A DNA stretch of 64,000 bases, from NCBI GenBank assembly GCA_038245295.1, contig JBBRSP010000007.1, positions 128,001 through 192,000 of the forward strand. Reading direction: 5' to 3'. This document shows, piece by piece, positions 1 to 9,087 of this stretch. Every line of letters starts with the position of its first letter. The first letter of the stretch is position 1. The notes under the pieces are model-generated. The model searched no databases. It had not been told where the DNA came from and worked only from the letters and a program-made list of their open reading frames with translations. The position numbers and the translations under genes were made by a program. Origin of the DNA: Candidatus Binatia bacterium (lineage in GTDB: Bacteria > Desulfobacterota > Binatia > HRBIN30).

Positions 1-448
1 GCTTGATGGAGTCGGGCAACGGCGTGCTGGGTAGAACCCACAACAAGCCCGAGATGATGAAGATCACCTGCCCCGTCGTTTGTGCCAGCTTGGCGACAGT
101 CATCGCGGCGATGATCTTGTTGTCCGGCGCCGCGCCTTGCAGGAAACGCAGGCGCACGAACTCGCCGCCGATCTGTGCCGTCGGAGTCAGGTAGTTGACC
201 GAGTCGCCCGCCATGCGCGCCGCCAGCATACGTCGGAATGGAATCACCGGCCGCGGCGGAGCGAACGATGCCCGCCAACCGAGGGTATTGAACGTGTAGG
301 CGAAGATCTCCTGGCCGATGCTCGGGATGATACCCCAACCGACCAAACGCAAGTCGTCGACGACGTTGCTCGCACCAAGCTTGTAGATGAGAAAAACGAG
401 CAAGCCGGCACCACAAGCGAACAGGGCTCGCTCGAGGAACCGACTCAT
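1..448 (-). CDS. Lysylphosphatidylglycerol-synthase TM / HpnL-like flippase-domain membrane protein (3' end beyond window)
   Basis: Absent from the ORF track. Manual translation from ATG 448 gives MSRFLERALFACGAGLLVFLIYKLG...LGWR...AGDSVNYLTPTAQIGGEFVRLRFL..., the N-x-x-x-P-x3-GGE motif of LPG_synthase_TM/HpnL proteins. ATGA overlap with the upstream gene's stop. Confidence 0.82.
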   Translation of the reverse strand, partial: MSRFLERALFACGAGLLVFLIYKLGASNVVDDLRLVGWGIIPSIGQEIFAYTFNTLGWRASFAPPRPVIPFRRMLAARMAGDSVNYLTPTAQIGGEFVRLRFLQGAAPDNKIIAAMTVAKLAQTTGQVIFIISGLLWVLPSTPLPDSIK

Positions 449-1626
449 TCGGCGTCTCGCCAGAGGTAGACCAGCACCAGGAGCAAGGCGAAGCCGTAGG
501 TGCCGAATGCCGCGCCCCAGAAGAACCAGTGCAATTTCCCGAACAGCGCCAATCCGAGCAGGATGTAGGCGAAGTCGCGATTCATCATCGCTTCCATGCC
601 GCCGAGAATTCTCTGCCGCACTCTGCCCTTGCGAGTCTTGGGCGGCCCGCCACTGCTGGCAAAGTCGGGGCGATGCACCAGGAAGAAGTATGTCGCCACA
701 CTCGTGCAGGCGAATCCACCGAGCAAGATAAGAATCAACGTCTTGTACGGTCCGTTCGGATCCTGCCGGTACAGACCGGCTGCCAGGCCGAGGAAGATCG
801 TCACGTGCACGATGTTGTCGGTGGTCACATCGAACTTCTGCCCGAAGGACGACTCGCGATACGTCAGGCGTGCCACTTCGCCATCGCAGCCGTCGATGAT
901 CGTTGTAGCCAGGAACAACAGAGTACCAACGACACCGGACCAGTAGGCGCCGACACCAAGGAACGCCGAGGCGATCAACCCGAGAGATGTGCCGATGATG
1001 GTGATGTGATTCGGTCGCAGCCGCGTATGACGCACGATACGCCGACTGATCGCCAGCGACACCCGTCGATCAAGCCAATGCGCCAGCGGGCCATCACTGA
1101 CAGCACTGTCGCGGCGCATCTTCTCGCACAAGGCCTGCTCGGCCAGCGCCACCGACGCGGTGTCGGTGACCGGGAGATTCACTTCCGACTCCACGGTCAC
1201 GGGCTCGCTGTCCCTCTGATGCAGACGCGCCCACAACCCGCCTAGCGGCTCCGGCGAGCTGTCGGCGGATGGCGCGACAAGCTCCGGCGCATAAACACCG
1301 ACGCTCTGATTGAACACGGCGGGTTTGCCGTTCAGCGCAAAGGTGCGCGCCTGGCGCAGCGTGCCGGTCGTTACCAACCGATCCGGCGGCACGACCGTCA
1401 CCTGGGCGCCATACAGAGGTGGCAGGCTGCGACAGACCTCAATCGAGTGGGTGCGCTCATCACCGCGAAGCAAGGCCCGTACGTCCTCGAAGTTTTCGCC
1501 GGCGGCGACGACGATGCGATCGTAGTCGGCACGAATTGCCGAGAGAACGGCGCGTTGGACCAAGGTGAGTCCCCCGACTCGCAGGAGACTGGTCGATTGA
1601 TCGGCGAGGACAAGCGCGGTGGTCAT
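445..1626 (-). CDS. CDP-alcohol phosphatidyltransferase with degenerate N-terminal nucleotidyltransferase-like domain (IPCT/DIPPS-like architecture)
   Basis: Signature DGCDGEVAR-x6-GQKFDVTTD, RPNHIT helix and TM segments. N-terminus LLRVGGLTLVQRAV resembles NTP-transferases. Start 1626 chosen from the ATGA overlap. Confidence 0.88.
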   Translation of the reverse strand: MTTALVLADQSTSLLRVGGLTLVQRAVLSAIRADYDRIVVAAGENFEDVRALLRGDERTHSIEVCRSLPPLYGAQVTVVPPDRLVTTGTLRQARTFALNGKPAVFNQSVGVYAPELVAPSADSSPEPLGGLWARLHQRDSEPVTVESEVNLPVTDTASVALAEQALCEKMRRDSAVSDGPLAHWLDRRVSLAISRRIVRHTRLRPNHITIIGTSLGLIASAFLGVGAYWSGVVGTLLFLATTIIDGCDGEVARLTYRESSFGQKFDVTTDNIVHVTIFLGLAAGLYRQDPNGPYKTLILILLGGFACTSVATYFFLVHRPDFASSGGPPKTRKGRVRQRILGGMEAMMNRDFAYILLGLALFGKLHWFFWGAAFGTYGFALLLVLVYLWRDAE

Positions 1627-2651
1627 GCAGCCGCCTCCTCGCGCAGGTCCAACGCCAACGAACCGCGGCGCGCCGACGCGTAGGCTTGCGTCAAGAGGCG
1701 CAGGCACATCTCGGCCTCGGCCAGACTGCGGCCGCGGACAGCGGGCGTTTCGATTTCGATCCGGAAGTCATCGACCACGGCACTGAACCAGTCGGGATGA
1801 TGCGAGCTGGCAGTCAGTCCGCTCGCCAACTGTTGTCGCACGACGCCATCGGGCGACTCGATGGTCAGCCGGTCATCCTCGACTTCGATTTGTCCCCGAG
1901 TCCCGATCACTTGCCAACGCGTGCGGCGCCCCGATGCGGCCCAGGTCAGCATGATCTCGCCGCGTACCGTCGGGAACTCGATCGTGCAGTCCACCGTGTC
2001 CTCGACCGCCGCATCGACGAAGCGACGATTCTCGAGTCGCGCGCCGATGCGTTGCGGCTCTTCGGCCGCCAGCCCCATCATCAGGTAGAACGCATGCCAA
2101 CCGTGATCGACGAGGATGCCGCCACCGGCCACTGCCGCATCGATACGCCAGTTCTCGCCGGTCGAGGCCGAGCAGCCGTCACGCCAGGTGTCGAAGCGCA
2201 CCTTTTCGACCTTGCCGATTCGGCCGGCGTCAATCGCCGACTGAATGCTGCGATAGGCCTCGGAACTCTTCCAGTTATGCACGCTGACTAGGGCCACACG
2301 GGCAGCGGTTGCCGCCTGCCGCATGCTCGCAAAGTCGGTCAGTGATGTTGTCAGCGGCTTCTCGCAAAGAATGTGGCAGCCTTTGGCCGCGGCGGCGATG
2401 ACCGCATCGGTATGCCAGGCCGGAGGTGAGGCAACGTCGACGAAATCAAGGCTCTCTCTCGCCAGCAGCTCTTCATGGCTGCCGTAAAGCGCCACACCGG
2501 GGCACAATTGCTCGGCGAGGGCTCGCCGCCGCGGATCGGGATCGGCGACGGCGACGATTTCGAAATCGGAGCGCAGCCGCCATCCCGGCACGTGGCCGTT
2601 GGCGGCGACGTTGCCGAAGCCGATGATTGCGCCTCGCCGGACGCGTCTCAT
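1623..2651 (-). CDS. Gfo/Idh/MocA family NAD(P)-dependent oxidoreductase
   Basis: GAIIGFGNVA Rossmann motif, HILCEKPL, GGGILVDHGWH; ATGA overlaps at both ends. Confidence 0.9.
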   Translation of the reverse strand: MRRVRRGAIIGFGNVAANGHVPGWRLRSDFEIVAVADPDPRRRALAEQLCPGVALYGSHEELLARESLDFVDVASPPAWHTDAVIAAAAKGCHILCEKPLTTSLTDFASMRQAATAARVALVSVHNWKSSEAYRSIQSAIDAGRIGKVEKVRFDTWRDGCSASTGENWRIDAAVAGGGILVDHGWHAFYLMMGLAAEEPQRIGARLENRRFVDAAVEDTVDCTIEFPTVRGEIMLTWAASGRRTRWQVIGTRGQIEVEDDRLTIESPDGVVRQQLASGLTASSHHPDWFSAVVDDFRIEIETPAVRGRSLAEAEMCLRLLTQAYASARRGSLALDLREEAAA

Positions 2652-4003
2652 TGCCGCCAAGCGTTGTCGCGCGCGATCTCGCCGAACACTTCGTCGAGGA
2701 TGGCCACACCGTCGCGCGCTTCGCTTTCGGTGATGATGAGCGGTGGATTGATACGCATGCGCGAGAAGTAACCCATAACGAGAAGGCCGCGGCGCAGCGA
2801 TTCCAGAAAGATCCGTTCGGTGATCTTGGGATCGAGTGGCTCCTTGGTGGCGCGATTCTTGACGAGATCCAAGCCCAGCAATAGGCCGGCGCCACGCACG
2901 TCACCGATGAACTCGTATTTCTCTTGCAGCTTCTTGAGCTCGCGCAGCATGAACGCTCCGACGCGGGCCGAATTCTCGACCAGATCGTCGTCCAGAATCG
3001 TCTCGATCACCGTCAGCGCCGCCGCCGAGGCGAGCGGGTTGCCACCGTAACTCGAGGAGGATGAGCTCGGCTTGGCGAACGGGAACGAGCTGGTGATTTC
3101 GTCGGTGGAAATCAGGCCGGTGATGGGGAAACCGTTGCCGAAGCCTTTGCCGACAGTCATGACGTCGGGCACCGTCTCGGTATGGTCGCAGCCAAACATC
3201 TTGCCGGTACGTCCGAAGCCGGTGATCATCTCATCGGCGATCAACAGCGCTCCGTGGTCCTTGGCAATCGACTGCACGGCCGGCAGAAATTCCTTCGGCG
3301 GCACGACGTTGCCGGCGGTACCTTGGATCGGCTCGATGATGATGGCGGCAATCATCCCGGCGGTGGTGACTCGCAGCTGTTGGCGCATGAAGTCGACACA
3401 CGCCATGCCGCAGCTCGGATACTCCAGCTTGAACGGGCAGCGATAACAATCGGCATAGGGCACGAGATGGGTGCCCGGCATGAGCGGACCCCACTTCTGC
3501 TTCCACTCGTCGCCGATCAACCCCATCACGCCGCTGGTCTTGCCGTGGAAGCCACCCCAGAAGCCGACCACTTCGAATTTCTTCGTGTACGACTTCGCCA
3601 AGCGGATCGCCGCTTCGACGGCCTCGGCGCCGCCGCTGTAAAGCTGCGTGCGCTTGAGGGCACCCGGGGCAAGCTCGGCCATGTGTTTGAGAAGTTGCAG
3701 ACGCGGCTCGCTGGTAAAGCTGCCAACCGCAAGCTTCTCGACTTGCGAGGTCAAGGCTTTGACGAATCGCGGGTGCGAATGGCCAAGGCTGGCGACGGCG
3801 ACGCCGGCGAAGAAGTCGAGATACTCCTTGCCATCGACGTCGGTGAGACGGCAGCCGTGCCCCTCTTTCATCGCCAACTGCGACAACTGCGCGATGCGTT
3901 GGATGCCTGGCGCGATGTAGGCGCTTTCTTCGGAAACCATGGCCAACGACCTCGCACCTGCCACGGCAGCAGGGCGTGATGCTTCCTTGCTTGTTTCTTT
4001 CAC
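2648..4003 (-). CDS. Class III PLP-dependent aminotransferase
   Basis: YLDFFAG, SGGAEAVE, FHGKT, IIEPIQG, LIADEMITGFGRTG, VGKGFGNG (PLP Lys); GTG start overlapping the upstream TGA. Confidence 0.92.
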   Translation of the reverse strand: MKETSKEASRPAAVAGARSLAMVSEESAYIAPGIQRIAQLSQLAMKEGHGCRLTDVDGKEYLDFFAGVAVASLGHSHPRFVKALTSQVEKLAVGSFTSEPRLQLLKHMAELAPGALKRTQLYSGGAEAVEAAIRLAKSYTKKFEVVGFWGGFHGKTSGVMGLIGDEWKQKWGPLMPGTHLVPYADCYRCPFKLEYPSCGMACVDFMRQQLRVTTAGMIAAIIIEPIQGTAGNVVPPKEFLPAVQSIAKDHGALLIADEMITGFGRTGKMFGCDHTETVPDVMTVGKGFGNGFPITGLISTDEITSSFPFAKPSSSSSSYGGNPLASAAALTVIETILDDDLVENSARVGAFMLRELKKLQEKYEFIGDVRGAGLLLGLDLVKNRATKEPLDPKITERIFLESLRRGLLVMGYFSRMRINPPLIITESEARDGVAILDEVFGEIARDNAWRQ

Positions 4004-4818
4004 GATGGTTCCAGCTCTTGGTGTGCGTCTTTGATGTATTCGGCAATCGCCCGCGCCGCATCGGCGCGGCAGCGCGAGTAACTCGGCCAGTCATTCAGAT
4101 CGATCAGCGTCACTTCCCCGTTTGTCCCTACGACGGCATCGCCGCCGTAGATTTCAACATTCAACCGCATCGCGGCGCGTTGCCCGATAGCATCGATCTG
4201 ACGCAAGGTTTCGGGGCTCAGCGTCATGCCGTCGGACGGCAGGGCGTGAAAGTAGCGGCCGCGCACGGCGTAGAACTTCACCACAACACCGGGCACGTGC
4301 TTCTGAATCACTGCCAACGGCACACCGCGATCGGAGAACCGGCGCAGAGCGGCACGAGCTTCTTCGCTGCTGCTCATTTTGGTCACGTCGTCGGCTTGCG
4401 TCGCATGCACATCGCCGCGTTTGACCCAGGCGCCCTCGCGCACCCACTCGGGAACATCGTGCCCATTCCCGGTGGTGACTATGACGCTCTCGGGGAAGGC
4501 GACCCCGCTTCGTGTCAGCAGCGGCACCGTACGGTGACGCTGGCAATTGAGAATGCCCTCGGGTGAGTTGAGAACGCGCACACCGGCGGCTTGCCATTCC
4601 TGCAGCTGCGCCAGCGATTTGTCTCCCTGGGCCATGGTAAAAACGATGGCCCCGGGCCGCGGCGTCGGGAACCAGGTGCACTCGCCGGCGTGCAATTCCA
4701 CATCGTGCCCGGCATCACGCAGGTGTGCCGCCGTCTCCAACAGGATGAGCGTATCGTCCTCGACCTTGCCCGGCGAGAACACCGGTTCGCGTGTCACTCC
4801 CAAAAATCGCTTCATCAT
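4000..4818 (-). CDS. ATP-grasp fold protein with ITPK1-like motifs (putative cyclitol kinase or ligase)
   Basis: VLNSPEGILNC, WVKRGD, VIQKHVPGVVVKFYAV, IYGGDAV and IDLNDWPSY follow the ATP-grasp layout; the terminal motif is D-x-N rather than E-x-N. Confidence 0.72.
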   Translation of the reverse strand: MMKRFLGVTREPVFSPGKVEDDTLILLETAAHLRDAGHDVELHAGECTWFPTPRPGAIVFTMAQGDKSLAQLQEWQAAGVRVLNSPEGILNCQRHRTVPLLTRSGVAFPESVIVTTGNGHDVPEWVREGAWVKRGDVHATQADDVTKMSSSEEARAALRRFSDRGVPLAVIQKHVPGVVVKFYAVRGRYFHALPSDGMTLSPETLRQIDAIGQRAAMRLNVEIYGGDAVVGTNGEVTLIDLNDWPSYSRCRADAARAIAEYIKDAHQELEPS

Positions 4819-5531
4819 TGATACCCGCCGCGGATGAACGCTTCAGCCGTCGCTATGTCCTCGGGCCGATCCACGTCCACCGTCTTTCCCACAGATGCCG
4901 CCGCGACACGATAGCCGCGTGCCAAGAGATGTGCCAGGAACTGCCGCAATGCCGTAAAGCCAGCGGTGCGCGCTGCTTCCACCTCGTCGTAGATGCGGTT
5001 TGCGTACACATAGAAGCCGGCCGTCACCAAGCCACTGCCGCGGGCGGCGTCGCCCAGGGCCGTGACGCGGCCGTCGTCGCTGCACTGCACCCAGAGAGGT
5101 TTCTCGTCGTCGATATAATCTGTCACTGCCAACACGACATCGGCATCGATGCAGCGCGTCGCCGCATCGATGAACCCACGCAGGACTCGCGGCGGCAGGA
5201 TGGCGTCGACTGTAAGCAGAATGAAGCGATCCGCCTGACCATCGAGGCCGAGCAAGGGTCGCAGGGTAAACAAGCTTTCCATGGAGCTCGGTGTCGTGCG
5301 CCGCACGAAGTTGAAGTCGAGACTCGGCCAGGCCGTCCGGCAATGATCCTCAATGCCACGAGACTGTTCATTGACGATACACGCAACATTCGTCAGGCCA
5401 CTGGCTTCGATCGCCGCCAACACGTGATCGATGAGCGGCCGGCCGGCAACTGGAACCAACGGCTTCGGCTGTAGATATCCGCCGGCCTGCAGGCGCTCGC
5501 CGTGCCCTGCCGCGATGATTCCGACATTCAT
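4815..5531 (-). CDS. Nucleotidyltransferase (NTP_transferase family)
   Basis: MNVGIIAAGHGERL...PKPLVPVAGRPLIDH, and DVDRPEDI at the C-terminus; true start is ATG 5531 inside the longer ORF-track frame. Confidence 0.9.
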   Translation of the reverse strand: MNVGIIAAGHGERLQAGGYLQPKPLVPVAGRPLIDHVLAAIEASGLTNVACIVNEQSRGIEDHCRTAWPSLDFNFVRRTTPSSMESLFTLRPLLGLDGQADRFILLTVDAILPPRVLRGFIDAATRCIDADVVLAVTDYIDDEKPLWVQCSDDGRVTALGDAARGSGLVTAGFYVYANRIYDEVEAARTAGFTALRQFLAHLLARGYRVAAASVGKTVDVDRPEDIATAEAFIRGGYQ

Positions 5532-5592
5532 GGGTGGGCGCTCTGTAAGCAGTGCCTCGTGGCAGCGGCAAGAGCGTGGGACAAGGCCGCCG

Positions 5593-6105
5593 CTACGGGT
5601 TTTCGAGATCGGCGAAGCGTTCCTCGAAGACTTGTCGCAGCTGGGCTGGCACCGCGTACTTGCTGGCGCGCAGGATGAAGTTTCCGTAGGTTTTCGCTCC
5701 GTTGCGAAAGGTCCAATCGGAAATGTCGTCGGCGGCCGTCTGCCATTCCTGCCCGGCGCGCAGGTGGCGCGCCGCCGCCGGCGGCTGACTGATACGACCC
5801 TGCACATGATCTCCGTCAACCTTGACCTGGTCGAGCCACACATGAGCCGTGTCGCTACCGATCGGTACGGGGACCTTCACCGCAAAGCCGTGATCCCCGG
5901 CCTGAGGCGCATTTAGCCGGAGCACGAAACCGGCAAAGTTGAGGCGCGCTAACTGCATGGCCTGCGCAAACATCACCGGGTCCTGAAATGGATCGTAGGT
6001 GTCCTCGCTGCGACCAACCAAGCGACGCAGGCGCCGATAGAACAGTGCTGCCGCCACGACGAGCAACGCGACGAATGCCAGGGCGATCGGTGTCATGAGC
6101 TCCAT
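5593..6105 (-). CDS. DUF2314/YegJ-like membrane-anchored protein
   Basis: N-terminal TM helix; FAVKVP..HVWL..VQGRI..ISDW..YGNFILR pattern typical of DUF2314. Confidence 0.7.
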   Translation of the reverse strand: MELMTPIALAFVALLVVAAALFYRRLRRLVGRSEDTYDPFQDPVMFAQAMQLARLNFAGFVLRLNAPQAGDHGFAVKVPVPIGSDTAHVWLDQVKVDGDHVQGRISQPPAAARHLRAGQEWQTAADDISDWTFRNGAKTYGNFILRASKYAVPAQLRQVFEERFADLENP

Positions 6106-6263
6106 GTTGACCCACCGGCGACGATGGCGACTGCCGCAACAGCCAGCCCGAACGGAACAGTCATCACGCCTCCCTTCGCGTTCTCAGGGAAGCGTTCCTG
6201 CCACAACTCCGGGCCGCCTGCCACTGGAACTGGGGGGAAGTCTCCGATGCCGCGAATCGCCGG

Positions 6264-7961
6264 CTAACGTCGCGCCAGCAGGGCATAACGCAGCCCGAGA
6301 GTCGCCCCGAGGGCGTAAAACCAGAACGATAGGACCGGCAGTCCAAGAATAGTATAGGTTCCATAGTTGAGCGCCAGCGTGCCGCAGATGGCGCATGTCC
6401 CGGCCAGTGCGCCCAGCATCGTGCGATGCTGCGTGCGCTGATAACTCTGGCGCAACAGATCCAACTGGGCACTCTCGACGTTGACCACGGTGCGGCCGGC
6501 GCGCAGGTCTTCGAGAATGCCGCGCGCCGTGTCCGGCATAGTGCCCAACGCATCGGCCAGTTCGCGAACCGCGGCATAACCAGACTCCAACAGCCGTCGC
6601 GGCTGGTAACGTTCCGCCACCAAGCGCAGCATGAAAGGCTGCGCCGCGGCGAGCAGGTCGAGATTGGGACGCAGCTGCTTGCCAACGCCCTCCATTGTGA
6701 TCACCGCCTTGAAGGTCATCGTGTAATCCGGCGGCAAGCGCAGACGATGGCGCAACGACAACGTGATCAGGTCCTTGAGAACAACGCTGAACTCGACCTC
6801 AGCCATCGTCTTGCCGGCAAACCAGCGCTGCGCATGTTCGATGATGTCGCGTTCGAAGACGTCGTAGTCGGCGGTCGACTCCTTGCTGTGAATGGCCATC
6901 ACCCAGAACCGACGCGCCACCGCCTCCCAGTCGTGCCGCACGACGGCAACCAGAAGGTCGGTGAGCAGATCGCGCTGGCGCGGGCTCAAGCGGCCGACGA
7001 GACCGACATCGATGAAACACACCGTGCCGTCGTCGCGGATCAACACGTTTCCAGGATGGACGTCGCCGTGAAAGAACCCGTCGCCGTAGATCATCTGCAA
7101 CACGGCTTCCAAGGCGGTGTGCAGCACAGCATCGACATCGATTCGCGCCTCGTCGATGTTGGTGATCTTGGCACCGACGATGCGCTCCATGGTGAGGACA
7201 CGGGCGCTCGACAGGCCGCGCCGCGGTTCCGGGAAGCGCACACGGGGATTGTCGGCGAAGTTCAGCCGGAAGCGCTCGAGGTTCTCCAACTCGTTGTGAA
7301 AGTCGATCTCCTTGAGGATCGCCTTTTCGAACTCGGCCACCATGCCGGCGGGCGAAAACATGCGCGTCTCAGGGAAATTGGTTTCGAGTACTCGCGCCAC
7401 CAGCGCCATAATCTCAAGATCAGCGGCGATCTGGGGCTCGAGGTTGGGGCGCTGGATCTTCACCACGACATCGGCGCCGTCCTCGTGGAGCCGCGCCGTA
7501 TGTACCTGGGCGATCGACGCCGTCGCCAGGGGTTCACGGTTGAAGTCGCGGAACAGCGTATCGACGTCGGCGCCCAGCTCGCTTTGCACCATGGCGGCGA
7601 CTTCTTCGAAGGGCAGCGACGGCACGTCATTTTGCAATGTCTGAAGCTCTTGAATCAGCGAGGGCGGGAACAGATCAGGCCGGGTCGACACCATCTGTCC
7701 AAGCTTGATGAAGGTAGGGCCGAGGTCTTGCAGGGTGTGGACGATACGGCGTTCGAGAGGAACCGATTCGACCTCGCGGCTGACCCGCCAGTCGCGTAGC
7801 GTCGTGGCAACCCAATTGTCCTGCACCTCGAGGGCCTGCACGACGGCCCCAAAGCCGTGGCGCACCAAGACAGCAACGATCTGCCGCAGACGACCGACAT
7901 CGCGCAGCACGGCTTGGCCGGTGCGCACATTGTCATAGGCGCGGCGCAGAGAAGTCGGCAT
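6264..7961 (-). CDS. ABC1/UbiB/AarF family atypical kinase
   Basis: LGPTFIKLGQ, ASIAQVH, VVKIQRP, FFHGDVHPGN, IDVG; two C-terminal TM helices. Confidence 0.93.
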   Translation of the reverse strand: MPTSLRRAYDNVRTGQAVLRDVGRLRQIVAVLVRHGFGAVVQALEVQDNWVATTLRDWRVSREVESVPLERRIVHTLQDLGPTFIKLGQMVSTRPDLFPPSLIQELQTLQNDVPSLPFEEVAAMVQSELGADVDTLFRDFNREPLATASIAQVHTARLHEDGADVVVKIQRPNLEPQIAADLEIMALVARVLETNFPETRMFSPAGMVAEFEKAILKEIDFHNELENLERFRLNFADNPRVRFPEPRRGLSSARVLTMERIVGAKITNIDEARIDVDAVLHTALEAVLQMIYGDGFFHGDVHPGNVLIRDDGTVCFIDVGLVGRLSPRQRDLLTDLLVAVVRHDWEAVARRFWVMAIHSKESTADYDVFERDIIEHAQRWFAGKTMAEVEFSVVLKDLITLSLRHRLRLPPDYTMTFKAVITMEGVGKQLRPNLDLLAAAQPFMLRLVAERYQPRRLLESGYAAVRELADALGTMPDTARGILEDLRAGRTVVNVESAQLDLLRQSYQRTQHRTMLGALAGTCAICGTLALNYGTYTILGLPVLSFWFYALGATLGLRYALLARR

Positions 7962-8181
7962 GCAGAGGACAAGCTAGCGCACAACGCTGGGCGAAGACAA
8001 AGCCGCACCGCGGGCGCGCGCGTTCCACGCCCGTGATTCATCCTAACCGCAGAGTTTACCGAACCGGCATCGCTCTTAACCGGCCCTCCTCCTAGGATAC
8101 GTTTCCATCGAGGCTGCTCGAAAACGACACCGCCGTACTGCGGCACAACCGACCTTCCGGGTCGTAAGGAGACACAGGACC

Positions 8182-9003
8182 ATGAGCCAACCATACAGGT
8201 ATCACACGCTGATCATCGCCATGGCTTGCCTCAGCGCCGCAAGGTCAGGCAGCGCCGCGATGCTGCGATGTCCATCAGACTCCGTAAGGGTTGGCAACGT
8301 CTGTATCGACAAGTACGAGGCGAGCGTCTGGGACATTCCGCCGTCGAACACCGCGCTCATCCGGCGCGTCCAGCTGGGCAGAGTCACAGTCGCGGAGCTG
8401 ACCAACGGCGGCGCCACGGAGCTGAGCCCCAGCCAGTCGTGCAGCCCGGCATTCCCGGCGACGTTCGGCGCCAACGGGAACTGGACCAAACCCGTCTATG
8501 CGGTGTCCATACCGGGCGTGCGTCCGGCCGGGTGTGTCACGTGGCTCCAGGCAGAACAGGCGTGTGCACTCGCCGGAAAGCGACTGCTGACGAACCAGGA
8601 ATGGCAACGCGCCGCCGCCGGAACGCCGGATCCTGGCGCCGACGACGGTGAAACGGACTGCAACGTCGGTGGTCTCAATCGGCCAGTCGAGGCCGGCTCG
8701 CGATCGAAGTGTGTGTCGAGCTGGGGCACGTTCGACATGGTGGGGAATGTCGAGGAGTGGGTCGCGGACTGGGTGGCGCAGACGACGGCGTGTCCGGGCT
8801 GGGGCTCGTTCAGCGACGACGTCATGTGCCTTTCGGGTGCGAATACGACTGGGACCGGTCCTGGAGCCTTGGTTCGCGGCGGTTCCTACACCGACTTCAC
8901 GGCAGCTGGAGTCTTCGCCATCGACGCCGGCCCGGCACGCGGAACAATCGGCAACACGCCGGTCGCGGCCCGCCCGAGTCTTGGTTTCCGCTGCGCGCGC
9001 TAG
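8182..9003 (+). CDS. Secreted FGE-sulfatase/SUMF1 (C-type lectin fold) domain protein
   Basis: Signal-like N-terminus; CIDKYEAS, GKRLLTNQEW, FDMVGNVEEW, RGGSY, GFRCAR; AAGGAG RBS. Confidence 0.85.
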   Translation: MSQPYRYHTLIIAMACLSAARSGSAAMLRCPSDSVRVGNVCIDKYEASVWDIPPSNTALIRRVQLGRVTVAELTNGGATELSPSQSCSPAFPATFGANGNWTKPVYAVSIPGVRPAGCVTWLQAEQACALAGKRLLTNQEWQRAAAGTPDPGADDGETDCNVGGLNRPVEAGSRSKCVSSWGTFDMVGNVEEWVADWVAQTTACPGWGSFSDDVMCLSGANTTGTGPGALVRGGSYTDFTAAGVFAIDAGPARGTIGNTPVAARPSLGFRCAR

Positions 9004-9087
9004 TCGGTTCTGACGGCAACAACGCTCGCTTGGCTTTGCGCCGACGCTCAGAAGTTGTAGCGTGCCGGCGCAACACCGAGGGAGCGT

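Noticed and set aside
6426..7799. Long antisense ORFs (e.g. 457 aa here, 18593..19873, 21002..22108, 50010..51128)
   Set aside because: They are shadow frames opposite well-supported genes, expected in high-GC DNA, and show no recognisable motifs.
8182..9003. FGE/C-type-lectin protein as a diversity-generating retroelement target
   Set aside because: The C-terminal RGGS...GFRC layout fits, but I saw no reverse transcriptase and no second copy (template repeat) of the 3' region in the window.
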